DNA of 64,000 bases from Thermoplasmata archaeon. GTDB lineage: Archaea > Thermoplasmatota > Thermoplasmata > GCA-020350865. Shown here in pieces: positions 9,492 to 19,053 of the stretch. The first letter of the stretch is position 1. Every line of letters begins with the position of its first letter. Location: NCBI GenBank assembly GCA_020348445.1, contig CP070751.1, positions 4,653,060 to 4,717,059 on the forward strand, written 5' to 3'. The translations under genes were made by a program, and so were the position numbers. The notes under the pieces are model-generated. The model worked only from the letters and a program-made list of their open reading frames with translations. It made no database searches and was not told the DNA's origin.

Positions 9492-10478
9492 TTACCCTCG
9501 TCTCTTCAACAAGACAACTATGATAATAATAAGCACAATTATTATTACCAAAACACTCAAGGCAATGAGTAAGAGGTTCTCCTCCACAAAGCTCTCCTCC
9601 TCTTTAGGAGGTGGAACCGAAATATCAGAATTGGGATTTGAACCTGCAGCCACCTCTTCACCATCAGTGTATGTATCATCGTCCGAATCTGGATCATTTG
9701 GATTTGTTGAATACAAAGATTCATTATGGTTGTTGAGGCCGTCATTATCGGGATCGTCGTCAGCATCTGAGGCATCCTTTGGATTTAAACCATTTTGCTC
9801 TTCCCAATCATCTGACATTCCGTCGCCATCATCATCAGTATCTTCGGAATCTGGGATACCATCCCCATCGAAATCATGAAAGGGTAGAACATAATCGTTA
9901 CCTGCAGATGTAAAGTCGACTCCATAGTAGCTTCCTGGCTCCTGTGCGAACCTCTCGTTTCTATGGGTTATTGCTTCTGGAGCAGCAAGTGTATCTCCTT
10001 CCTTGACATCTCCTATTCCCGCTTTTGGAATGTCTATATGAATATAGGCAGGTGTACCGTAAACTATTTGTCCAGAACAAACTCCTACTATGGTGTATGA
10101 GCCATCATTATGTTTGCCATATTCCCACTCCTCGGTTCCATTATCTTCCCTGTCAAGCCATGCGAACCATCTGTATTCCTCGGTATTACCTCCAAAATAC
10201 CACCTAACAGCATAATCAGAACCATCCTCCAGATCCTCTGCCGAGGGGATGCTAAGGATTTTAATGGTAATTCTAATATGAGTTTCCGATTTTTCGGAAA
10301 ACCATGCAGCCACAATATCCAAGTGATCTGCGTTACCCTCAGTGGGGTAGTGATTATCGATGGCATCACCTTCATCATCGGTGATCTCAGGTTCAGATTC
10401 ACTACCTGCACTGACATTCAAGCTTGAGATTCCGAATAAAAACATGACTATTATAGCTATTATTAACTCCCTCTTCAT
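9492..10478 (-). CDS. Secreted/anchored protein with TSP3-like Ca-binding repeats and a C-terminal TM helix
   Basis: Likely ATG at 10478 after a GGTGA SD. Signal peptide; DFDGDGIPDSEDTDDDGDG...DGEEVAAGSNP; ends in a TM plus KRRG. Confidence 0.75.
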   Translation of the reverse strand: MKRELIIAIIVMFLFGISSLNVSAGSESEPEITDDEGDAIDNHYPTEGNADHLDIVAAWFSEKSETHIRITIKILSIPSAEDLEDGSDYAVRWYFGGNTEEYRWFAWLDREDNGTEEWEYGKHNDGSYTIVGVCSGQIVYGTPAYIHIDIPKAGIGDVKEGDTLAAPEAITHRNERFAQEPGSYYGVDFTSAGNDYVLPFHDFDGDGIPDSEDTDDDGDGMSDDWEEQNGLNPKDASDADDDPDNDGLNNHNESLYSTNPNDPDSDDDTYTDGEEVAAGSNPNSDISVPPPKEEESFVEENLLLIALSVLVIIIVLIIIIVVLLKRRG

Positions 10479-10579
10479 CGTATTCACCTTCCAGTGGATT
10501 CCTCAGCTACTGAATGAAGCTGGAATTATATAAGATTTTGTGTATATTTTAGATATTGAGGAAGGAAAGAGATCGCGAG

Positions 10580-11590
10580 TTATCGTTTTCCTTTCACATA
10601 AAGGCCTACTACGAGAATGATTATTAAAAATATTATCACAAGAACAACGACCGCAATCACCATCATGTTCTCCTCTAAGAAGCTCTTCTTCTCCCCAGGT
10701 GGCTTAGATGAGTCAAGTAAGGGATTTGAGCCTGCAGCCACCTCCTCACCATCGGTGTAACCATCATCATCTGAATCCGAATCCTGTGGATCTGTGCCGT
10801 ATGAGTTTTCCTGGGTATTGTTGAGGCCATCGGAATCTGTATCCTCATCTGCATCAGAGGGGTCCTTTGGATCTAGGTCATTATTTTCTTCCCATTCATC
10901 AGTTAGACCGTCGTTGTCGTCATCTGTATCAAGAAAATCAGGTTCTCCATCCAAGTCAGTGTCATCTTCCAATGGAAGAACAAAATAACTATCTCCATTG
11001 AGATAATGAGTTACTTCCGTGGAACCGGCTTGGTAGTGAGGTAAGTATCCAACAGCAACATGGTATTCCTTTGGAAGAACGTCAATATCAAGATCAAATT
11101 CGAACAAATAGATATCAGTTTCATTATAAGGAAGTTTTTGACTTCCCGCTTCTTGATAATCGTCGTTCTCATCATAATAAAAGAAAACGAATCTAATCTC
11201 TTTTGGATATCCACCAACTATTGGATCGAAACTGAGATGCACACGACCTGTAATTGGGTCATCTGTAAAGTATAGGTTCCAGCCTCGTTCATATGTTGAA
11301 CTGCAATCGTCCCTTATATTAAAAGCGACGCCTGACCAACCATCGCCACCAGTGTATGTATCAGTCCATGTATCAGCTGACTCAGAATCATCCATTTCAA
11401 TATCAGCCCAATAACCCGTAGAGTCGCCATAATCCTTTATATGAAGATACAGTGTGTTTTTACTCCCGCAGGGACACCATCTTTCGTATTCTTCCTCTTC
11501 CTCTCCATCTCCACAAGATACTGCAGCCGAAATCACTAAACTGCTAAGAAGCATTGCAATTAGGACGAAAATAAACTCCCTGTTCATCAT
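10580..11590 (-). CDS. Paralog of the preceding TSP3-repeat membrane protein, with a different central domain
   Basis: Likely start MMNREF after GGAAGGTGAT. Near-identical Ca-repeat tail DGEEVAAGSNP and TM plus KGKR. Confidence 0.75.
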   Translation of the reverse strand: MMNREFIFVLIAMLLSSLVISAAVSCGDGEEEEEYERWCPCGSKNTLYLHIKDYGDSTGYWADIEMDDSESADTWTDTYTGGDGWSGVAFNIRDDCSSTYERGWNLYFTDDPITGRVHLSFDPIVGGYPKEIRFVFFYYDENDDYQEAGSQKLPYNETDIYLFEFDLDIDVLPKEYHVAVGYLPHYQAGSTEVTHYLNGDSYFVLPLEDDTDLDGEPDFLDTDDDNDGLTDEWEENNDLDPKDPSDADEDTDSDGLNNTQENSYGTDPQDSDSDDDGYTDGEEVAAGSNPLLDSSKPPGEKKSFLEENMMVIAVVVLVIIFLIIILVVGLYVKGKR

Positions 11591-11791
11591 ATCACCTTCC
11601 AGTATTATCCTCATCCCCCGAATGATGCCATAATTATTTAATATTTTGTATATTTTTCAGGTAGAAAGAAACCTCAATTAAAAAGGGGTCATCATCTGGC
11701 AATATATAATTTAGTGTTACCTCTGGGGTAGAACCATAGATAAATATTATTAAGGAGAATAGAAATTATCCCTTTGGATAGTGAACAAACC

Positions 11792-11950
11792 ATGAAATCA
11801 ATTGGGCTCTGCTTTCGCTGTGGTGCGCCCGCTATGCTGTCATGTCCATTATGTGGCAGGTTAATATGCAGATCATGTCGTGATCCTCAAATCGTGATTT
11901 GCCTCGACTGTGCAAATAAAAAACAGACAGGTTTTGAAAGGAAGTTCTAG
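11792..11950 (+). CDS. 52-aa four-CxxC zinc-finger microprotein
   Basis: MKSIGLCFRCGAPAMLSCPLCGRLICRSCRDPQIVICLDCANKKQTGFERKF. AT-rich promoter-like sequence upstream. Its stop overlaps the pheS stop convergently. Confidence 0.75.
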   Translation: MKSIGLCFRCGAPAMLSCPLCGRLICRSCRDPQIVICLDCANKKQTGFERKF

Positions 11951-13473
11951 ATATAAGGGGCGTTTTTAAGCCAATCTATATCATTGAAATACAGGCTTCG
12001 GATGTCTTTTAAACCATATCTTAACATCACGAGCCGTTCCAATCCCAGACCCCAGGCAAGAACCGGATGTTTCACCCCAAATGGATGTGTTACCTCTGGC
12101 CTGAAAATGCCTGCCCCACCGTACTCAAGCCATTTTCCCCCAAGTTGTATCTCCACCTCAAGGCTAGGTTCAGTATACGGGAAATAACCAGGACGAATTC
12201 TTATCTTCTCAAATCCCAGTTTCTTGTAAAATTCCGTCAATATCCCTATGAGCATCCTGAGATTGGCCTTCTCCTCCATAACTATGCCCTCGATCTGCTG
12301 AAATTCTGGAAGATGCGTTGAATCCAAAGCCTCCCTTCGGAAAACCCTACCTATTGAGAAGACCTTCACTGGGGGATTTGGATGCTCGGAAAGATATCTT
12401 ATGGTGTTCACAGTTGTATGGGTTCTAAGAATCGCCCGTTCAGCTTCCTTTACATCCCACCTGTATCTCCATCCTATCGAGGGGAGATCACCCCCATGTT
12501 CGTGCATGTCCTTTATCTTCTTGGCTGTGGTTTCATTGATCTTTAGTCTCCCGGGTTTTTTCAGGTAAAACGTATCCTGTGCATCCCTTGCAGGGTGATC
12601 CTGCGGAATGAACAGCGCGTCCATGTTCCAAAAACACGAGTGTATGAAGTCTGTCTCGATCTCAGTGAAGCCCATGGATAGGAAGATATCCCTTATCTTG
12701 TGAATCAACCGCTGCATTGGATGGACTGCTCCACTGTATATCTTGGGTGCGAATGTGCCTACGTCGTATCTTCTCAATTCCACGTCCTTCCATTTTCCTG
12801 TCTGCAACAATTCAGGTGTTAACTGAGACATCTGCTCTTTGATCTTTAGAGGCATAGATGATATCTCTTTCCCTAAATCAGTAAGCTTAACAGATCTAAG
12901 GACCATGGATCTTTCCTTGACTATATCCTGCCTGGACATGAGGGTTTTAATGACCTCAGAATTAACGTCATCTTCGGATAGCTCTCCCTTGGCAAGTTGT
13001 TCAATCAACTTCTCGTCCTCGCCTTTTGAGTCCATGGCCTGCTTGCCCCTCTCTGTGATCTCGATTAAGGTTTTACCCTCTTTCTTAGATATAGTGGCCC
13101 ATCCCTTTCTCTTCATCCATCCAACAGCTAACTGAACTTCGTTGGGCTTCAATTTACTGCTCCTTTTTAATTCCTGTACCTTCAGGATTCCTCTATTTTT
13201 CTTTAGAATCCGAAGAGCCCTTCTTTCGGGAAGGTCTTTGGTCGCCGTCTGTTTCTTAGCAAGGGAATAGTAATTTTTAACTCTCTCGCTCATCATAACC
13301 AGCTTCTTGGACTGAAGCCAGGAGGCTGCGTTCATGACTTCCACAAGCTTGGAGAATTTCCCGGATTTCATTACCTCCTCTGGACTGGTCTCTCCAAGTT
13401 CTTTTAAAGTCATAAGAAATTTCTTTTCTGCGTTGGATAGCTCTTCTATAATCTTATCTTTCACCCGGACCAC
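11947..13473 (-). CDS. pheS: Phenylalanyl-tRNA synthetase alpha subunit
   Basis: FWNMDALFIPQDHPARDAQDTFY, LRTHTT, FRREALDSTHLPEFQQIEG, YFPYTEPS, WGLGLERL. Confidence 0.97.
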   Translation of the reverse strand: MVRVKDKIIEELSNAEKKFLMTLKELGETSPEEVMKSGKFSKLVEVMNAASWLQSKKLVMMSERVKNYYSLAKKQTATKDLPERRALRILKKNRGILKVQELKRSSKLKPNEVQLAVGWMKRKGWATISKKEGKTLIEITERGKQAMDSKGEDEKLIEQLAKGELSEDDVNSEVIKTLMSRQDIVKERSMVLRSVKLTDLGKEISSMPLKIKEQMSQLTPELLQTGKWKDVELRRYDVGTFAPKIYSGAVHPMQRLIHKIRDIFLSMGFTEIETDFIHSCFWNMDALFIPQDHPARDAQDTFYLKKPGRLKINETTAKKIKDMHEHGGDLPSIGWRYRWDVKEAERAILRTHTTVNTIRYLSEHPNPPVKVFSIGRVFRREALDSTHLPEFQQIEGIVMEEKANLRMLIGILTEFYKKLGFEKIRIRPGYFPYTEPSLEVEIQLGGKWLEYGGAGIFRPEVTHPFGVKHPVLAWGLGLERLVMLRYGLKDIRSLYFNDIDWLKNAPYI

Positions 13474-13553
13474 TTCGTAGGGCCATAAAACAATTTAATG
13501 CTTTAAATATTTCCTTTTAATTCCTAAAAATTGTATTTGAATATCGCTTACTG

Positions 13554-13958
13554 TTATTTCTCCTTTAAAAATTCACCGAACTTCAAATCCGTGGTTCTAA
13601 TATGCAAAATAAGCCAATCTATAAGGAACCTCTGCACTTGTGATGCAAAATGTTCCAGGTCCTTTTCTGATTCCAGATTCTTGATCAACCTGCTGGTAGT
13701 ATTCTTGAATTTTTCATGCTCTTTTTTCTGATGCTCCAATCCCGGATAATCATATTTTCCCATATAGCTCTCTTCTGTGGCAAAGTGCATTTCCGCGTAA
13801 TCATCCATGAACCTGAGCATTGTGGCGATTTTATCCTTCCCCGTCTTATGTAAAATGCATTGTGCAAGTTCATCCAGTTTTATAATAAGTTCTTTGTGCT
13901 GGCTATCTATCTCTCCGATTCCTACTGATAGGCTATCCTCCCATTCAAAAATCGCCAT
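13554..13958 (-). CDS. Bacteriohemerythrin
   Basis: Likely ATG at 13958 after GGAGGT. W.DSLSVGIGEIDSQHKEL, HFATEESYM..YDYP, WLILHIRTTD. Confidence 0.9.
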   Translation of the reverse strand: MAIFEWEDSLSVGIGEIDSQHKELIIKLDELAQCILHKTGKDKIATMLRFMDDYAEMHFATEESYMGKYDYPGLEHQKKEHEKFKNTTSRLIKNLESEKDLEHFASQVQRFLIDWLILHIRTTDLKFGEFLKEK

Positions 13959-13973
13959 TAGCGATACCTCCAC

Positions 13974-15287
13974 CTACTCCCAAACAAGATACTCGCTTAT
14001 CTTGTTCCTTGCAGCCCTTCTCTTCTTGGCCAAATTTGAAAGAAAATCCTCCATGAGCTGTGCTGCATAGTTCTTGCACTCACCGCACATCCGCTCGCCG
14101 CTTTTACATGTTTCGAAGATGTTCACAAGCTCGTCATCATCCTCCACCAAATGATAAAGCATTAGTTCGTAGACTGTACATTCCTCTGGTTTTCCCCCGT
14201 GCTTCTTCTGCTCTTCAAGTGATATCGCACCCCCGGTTTTCGCGTTTTTTACCTTCTTAGCCCCCACTTCAGGCTCATCATTTAACATAATAACGCTTTC
14301 TGGTATGGAAGATGACATCTTACCTCCTGTAAGCCCTGACATGAACATGTTGTAGGCTGAAGAGGGGGGATAGAATCCGTATCCTCCAAATTTGAGTTCG
14401 ATGGGAATTAAAGTTGCATCTATTTTATAAATATCCTCGTTTTTGGCATCCTTGATGTACAGCGCCTTATACCCATAGTTGGTGTCAAACTCGGAAAAAC
14501 CATTTTCAGATAAGGCTCCTTGGGCAACGTCTAAAAGTTCATTTACATTCTCGTCGCCCTTTACAAAAACTCCCAGATAGCCATCAGCTGTTTCCTTTAC
14601 ACTGAAAAATCTGAAAGCAGCGGCGAGGTTTCTTGTGAGTCTCATATGAGGGTCCTGGTCCACTCCCACCGGCACCAAAGTAGGTCTTGGCCCGCCGTAT
14701 CTCTCAAGCTGAACATGCAGTATATCCCCCACCTGAACCAGAGGAGAAAAGACATGGGCCATATTTGTTGAATCCTCAAATCCATAAATAGCCTTCATTT
14801 CGGACCAATTGACCTTCTTACTCAGGGTGTAACCCAGGTTCTTTACAGCCTCTCTTTTTGATTGAAAGTATATCTCACAGTTATCAGGTTTCAATCCCAG
14901 TGCTATATAATTTAAAATGTAACTCTCTATTGCAATCTCCTTTGCTTCTTCGAGGCTAATATCTCTTGTGGCATAGGCCTCTATATCAGCCACAGCAACA
15001 AAAACCTCTGCGCCTTGGGACTGATAATATATTACCTGGTCAATTACCATCTTATTGCCTATGTGCATGTTTCCCGAGGGCATCAATCCCGTAAGTATCA
15101 CGAAACGCTTCCTGTTCATAATAGCATCCTTGATCAGCTCAAAGCCCCTGTGCCCGAAAATCGCACCTCTTCGAATGAGTTTGCAGGGATTAGGAAGACC
15201 TGTTGGATCATATGTCTGGATGCCGAACTCATCTCTCAGCCTGGCATAGTCTTCATATTGCGTTGATGACCAGGGATCTATCCTCAA
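13974..15287 (-). CDS. trpS: Tryptophanyl-tRNA synthetase (archaeal type)
   Basis: TGLMPSGNMHIGN (HIGH-like), VPVGVDQDPH, GLTGGKMSSS. Confidence 0.95.
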   Translation of the reverse strand: MRIDPWSSTQYEDYARLRDEFGIQTYDPTGLPNPCKLIRRGAIFGHRGFELIKDAIMNRKRFVILTGLMPSGNMHIGNKMVIDQVIYYQSQGAEVFVAVADIEAYATRDISLEEAKEIAIESYILNYIALGLKPDNCEIYFQSKREAVKNLGYTLSKKVNWSEMKAIYGFEDSTNMAHVFSPLVQVGDILHVQLERYGGPRPTLVPVGVDQDPHMRLTRNLAAAFRFFSVKETADGYLGVFVKGDENVNELLDVAQGALSENGFSEFDTNYGYKALYIKDAKNEDIYKIDATLIPIELKFGGYGFYPPSSAYNMFMSGLTGGKMSSSIPESVIMLNDEPEVGAKKVKNAKTGGAISLEEQKKHGGKPEECTVYELMLYHLVEDDDELVNIFETCKSGERMCGECKNYAAQLMEDFLSNLAKKRRAARNKISEYLVWE

Positions 15288-15353
15288 TTTTCATCCTCCT
15301 ATGCAGTGTTATAATAAATGCAAAAGCGTTTTCAAAAGTACTGTATATTGAAA

Positions 15354-16568
15354 TCATCTCCTAATCAGAACTGCCAACACAATGATTGCTACGACTACAA
15401 TGGCAATTGCACCCGCGATTATCGCCAGGTTATCTGCGAGCATTTCCATGAATTCCTCGAACCAACCTCCTCCTTCATCCTCATTGGCAGAGCTTAGACC
15501 AATTGCTTTTAGGGTCACAGGGTTTAGAATCGGATAAGTCTCATCTCCATCCTTCTCGTGAATAACTCCTCCGATTTTAACGATAAGAGTGGTACCGTTT
15601 TTCACGTTTTTTGGTGGAGTGATTGTAACTGTTATGTCCCTTTTATCTCCATTGGCAATGGTTGTACTATTGGGGTATAGAACAACAGACCAACTTTCAT
15701 CACCAGATGTAACGTTGAAGTTGAAGTCAACCAGGAATTCATCAGTTCCATTATTTCGGGCTATAACTGTGAAAGTTACAGGCTTTCCGCCATGGGTTTC
15801 CTTTTCGTCATCTGCCACAGAGAGCACGACGTTGTAGTCAATATCTCCTACCCCTCTAATATTATAAGAATCGCCTGGATTGGTGTGATGAGTATGTGCA
15901 AAATCTGTTGCCTGAGTTTTTGGATCACGCTGAGATCCAGAAGGACTGGCATCTGCGTTCCATATGGCTGCCCATGTGTTTATTAGAGACTTGCCTCTGC
16001 CCTTAAGTCCCGATCCGATTCCTACGGCCTCTTTATTAATCTCCCAGGTTATGATATTGTCCACGAAATTATTACTGTTTATACCTTCCGAAACAGCGGT
16101 CTCGGATCCTATTGTGTCTGAGCCTAGTCTATAGCTGACTGAACGAAGCTCCCAGGTCCATGTATTTGTAGGACTGTACATTCCACCTAATGAAAATGCA
16201 TATTGGATTGTAACCGCAACTGCATATCCCTTTCCATCAACATCAAAATAAACCTCATAATCATAGTTGTCACTGGGTTCCTGGCGAAGGTCCATCAATC
16301 CCGGTGGAGCACCTGCCATTTTAAGGTGTATTTCGAGGGTTTCGTTTGTGGGTTCTGGTCCGAACCATGCGGCCTCGATATCCCTAAAACTGGACCCCGG
16401 TTCACCAGTGCTCGTGGAATCACCTGTGGTGTCTTTTACCTCTGGATCGCTCTGATCGCCTGCAATTGCTGTGCAGAAAATGAAGTTTATTACAAATAAT
16501 AGTGCGATTAGAAGTACCACTGAGTTCTTGACATTCATTGCGATTACTCCCAAATATAAGTAAAACAT
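15354..16568 (-). CDS. Secreted protein with an Ig-like (NEW3/CARDB-type) domain and a C-terminal TM anchor
   Basis: Signal peptide; VTFTVIARNNGT..D...VVLYPNSTTIANGDKRDITVTITPP; ends in a TM plus RR. Confidence 0.65.
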   Translation of the reverse strand: MFYLYLGVIAMNVKNSVVLLIALLFVINFIFCTAIAGDQSDPEVKDTTGDSTSTGEPGSSFRDIEAAWFGPEPTNETLEIHLKMAGAPPGLMDLRQEPSDNYDYEVYFDVDGKGYAVAVTIQYAFSLGGMYSPTNTWTWELRSVSYRLGSDTIGSETAVSEGINSNNFVDNIITWEINKEAVGIGSGLKGRGKSLINTWAAIWNADASPSGSQRDPKTQATDFAHTHHTNPGDSYNIRGVGDIDYNVVLSVADDEKETHGGKPVTFTVIARNNGTDEFLVDFNFNVTSGDESWSVVLYPNSTTIANGDKRDITVTITPPKNVKNGTTLIVKIGGVIHEKDGDETYPILNPVTLKAIGLSSANEDEGGGWFEEFMEMLADNLAIIAGAIAIVVVAIIVLAVLIRR

Positions 16569-16792
16569 ATGATTGGATATAAAAGTTTCGAAGGCTTAAA
16601 AATGGTTGCAACTGGGTATTTAGGCCGTTTTTATAGGATTTCTAATCCGTCATTGATTTCCCAAGGCGAAAATATTATTATCCATTGAAGAGATGATCAA
16701 GTGGTAATTTTTCAAAATTACTGGTGAACCCCAACACCTAAAAATGGGGTGGTGGAAAGGATGGGGGCAGAACCTCATCCCCACATTTTTTT

Positions 16793-18469
16793 CTATCTGT
16801 GGGCAAAATAGGCCTCATATCCTCCCTCTTTCTGCTCAACCTTAATAAATCCAAACCTTTCGAACTGCACAACAGAACCAATGTCCTTTTCCAGAATGCG
16901 CTCGCAGATGCCTTCCTTTACCGAGCCGTCGGGCAGGTATAGTTTAGTGGGAATATTCTCCTCTCCGACCCAATGAATGATCTTCACCCCTTCTTTTAAA
17001 ATCGATAAATCGTCGCCTTTGTACTCTGCTTGTTCCTGGGAAATAATTTTGATGTTGCACAGGTCCTTTAATCTGAGCTTCTCTTCTGGTTTGACTTTTT
17101 TTATGTCGTCCTCTGTTACAAAAACTGTTATACCATCTTTACCTTCTAAAACGATCTTCCGAATCCCTCTTTCAGGATGATCAGGGTGAAGGGGTGCATG
17201 ACCTTCGAGTCTTTCTTCCCCAAAAATTATAAGTTGTCTCGGATTCCATACAAAGAAGTATCTGTTGGCCTCATCATCTACGATGTCTTTATTGTAAGCA
17301 TACAAATTGTCCCAAGAGAATTTTATGTCAACCTCTTTAATGCCCACCTCAATCCAATATTGCCTTATGGCTTTAGCAGAAATTCCCCTTCTGGCCATAG
17401 TCTTTAGGGTCGCGAGCCTCACATCATCCCATCCCGAGAATTCCCCTTTTTTTATTCCCTCCTTGATCACAGTGGTCTTAAGGGTGGTATCCACCATCTG
17501 GACCAGGCCGTAATGAACATAAATGGGTTTTTTCCATCCAAAATGATCGTATATAAATTCCTGCCGATATGTGTTATTCAGATGGTCCTTCCCTCTTAGA
17601 ACGTGGGTCATACCCATGAGATAATCGTCAATAGCTACTGAGAAATTGTAGAGGGGATACACAAGATATTTATCACCTGTCTTTGGATGCGGTGATTTTA
17701 CTATTCTGAGGCCCACGAAGTCCCTTACCGCCGGATTTGGGTGTAAAAGATCTGTCTTGACGACATATGATGCCTCATGTTCGTCAAAGGAGCCTGCGAG
17801 CATCCCATCCCACATCTCAAGCTGTGCTTCAACTTCCAAACCCCGATGAGGGCAGGGCTTCATTTTCAGTTTTGCTGAACGCCAGTCCTCCACATCGCAT
17901 ATGCAGATGTACGCCTTCCCCATTTCAAGTAGCCTCTTTGCATGTTCATAATATATCTCGAACCTGTCGCTTTGGAGCCCAAATTCGTGGTAATCCACAC
18001 CTAACCATTTCAGGTCTTCTATTATCGAGTCATAGGCCTCGGGTTCGATTTTTGCGGGATTGGTATCCTCAAGCCTGATGATGTATTTTCCACCATACCG
18101 TTTTACATATTCATCATTTAACACTGCGGCCCTTGTATGGCCGATATGCAACGGTCCTGAAGGTCCTGGTGCAAAACGCATAACAACTTTCCCTTCGACA
18201 TTTGGTAGATCAGACAATTCCATTTTCTTAGTAACCTTTCTTTCTAAAAGTTCAGGGGCTTCTTTTTCTAAAAGTTTCATCTGCTCATCTATGGAAAGTC
18301 CATTGACTTCGGTAACCATAGTTTTTATATCTTTCATTATATCCTTTATTTCGGATTTCAATTCTGGTTTTGCACTTATTACTTTACCTAACACGGATTT
18401 TTCATCTGCTTTACCATCATGCAAAATAGCGTTTTGCAAAGCATATTTTCTAATCAGTTCCTCTAGCAT
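16793..18469 (-). CDS. gltX: Glutamyl-tRNA synthetase (archaeal type)
   Basis: MRFAPGPSGPLHIGHTR, RLEDTNP, THVLRGKDH, VQFERFGF. Confidence 0.97.
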   Translation of the reverse strand: MLEELIRKYALQNAILHDGKADEKSVLGKVISAKPELKSEIKDIMKDIKTMVTEVNGLSIDEQMKLLEKEAPELLERKVTKKMELSDLPNVEGKVVMRFAPGPSGPLHIGHTRAAVLNDEYVKRYGGKYIIRLEDTNPAKIEPEAYDSIIEDLKWLGVDYHEFGLQSDRFEIYYEHAKRLLEMGKAYICICDVEDWRSAKLKMKPCPHRGLEVEAQLEMWDGMLAGSFDEHEASYVVKTDLLHPNPAVRDFVGLRIVKSPHPKTGDKYLVYPLYNFSVAIDDYLMGMTHVLRGKDHLNNTYRQEFIYDHFGWKKPIYVHYGLVQMVDTTLKTTVIKEGIKKGEFSGWDDVRLATLKTMARRGISAKAIRQYWIEVGIKEVDIKFSWDNLYAYNKDIVDDEANRYFFVWNPRQLIIFGEERLEGHAPLHPDHPERGIRKIVLEGKDGITVFVTEDDIKKVKPEEKLRLKDLCNIKIISQEQAEYKGDDLSILKEGVKIIHWVGEENIPTKLYLPDGSVKEGICERILEKDIGSVVQFERFGFIKVEQKEGGYEAYFAHR

Positions 18470-18659
18470 CGCGCCTAAAATGTATTAGTCAGTATAATAC
18501 TTTGTTGCTTTGCTTCTGTTTCAGATTTTAGATTATTATTCCTTCCTAATTGAATTATAATTTTAGGGCGGGCGGAGGGGGAAAGGAAGGATGGGAAGTA
18601 TCGACGAATCGATACCCTTTTATCCAACTTTGCCAATCAGCATCCCGCGTGGCGATACA

Positions 18660-19004
18660 ATGAAAAAGCACAACTTCGAAGAAATCAAATCCGAGGTGGT
18701 TGGGAAAGGCTGCAAAGGTGTCAATATAAGGTGGCTTGTAACCAAGGACATGGGTGCAGAAAACTTTGCAATGAGGATGTTCGAGGTGGAGCCTGAGGGT
18801 CACACACCGCTGCACTCCCATGAATGGGAGCATGAGGTTTTTGTACTCAAAGGAGAAGGATTGGTATTGGCTGCAACTGGTGAGGAGAAGATCAAACATG
18901 GGGATGTCATCTTCATGCCTGCCCATGAGAAGCACCAGTTCAAAAATACAGGTGAGGATAATCTAAAATTCTTATGTCTAATTCCCTATTTGGATGAAAA
19001 ATAA
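18660..19004 (+). CDS. Cupin domain protein
   Basis: Likely ATG at 18660. HTPLHSHEWEHEVFVLKGEG and HQFKNTG metal-binding cupin motifs. Confidence 0.88.
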   Translation: MKKHNFEEIKSEVVGKGCKGVNIRWLVTKDMGAENFAMRMFEVEPEGHTPLHSHEWEHEVFVLKGEGLVLAATGEEKIKHGDVIFMPAHEKHQFKNTGEDNLKFLCLIPYLDEK

Positions 19005-19053
19005 AAAAAAATAAAAAGAGGAGGGGGGAGATAATCCTCATAAATGGGGTTAA

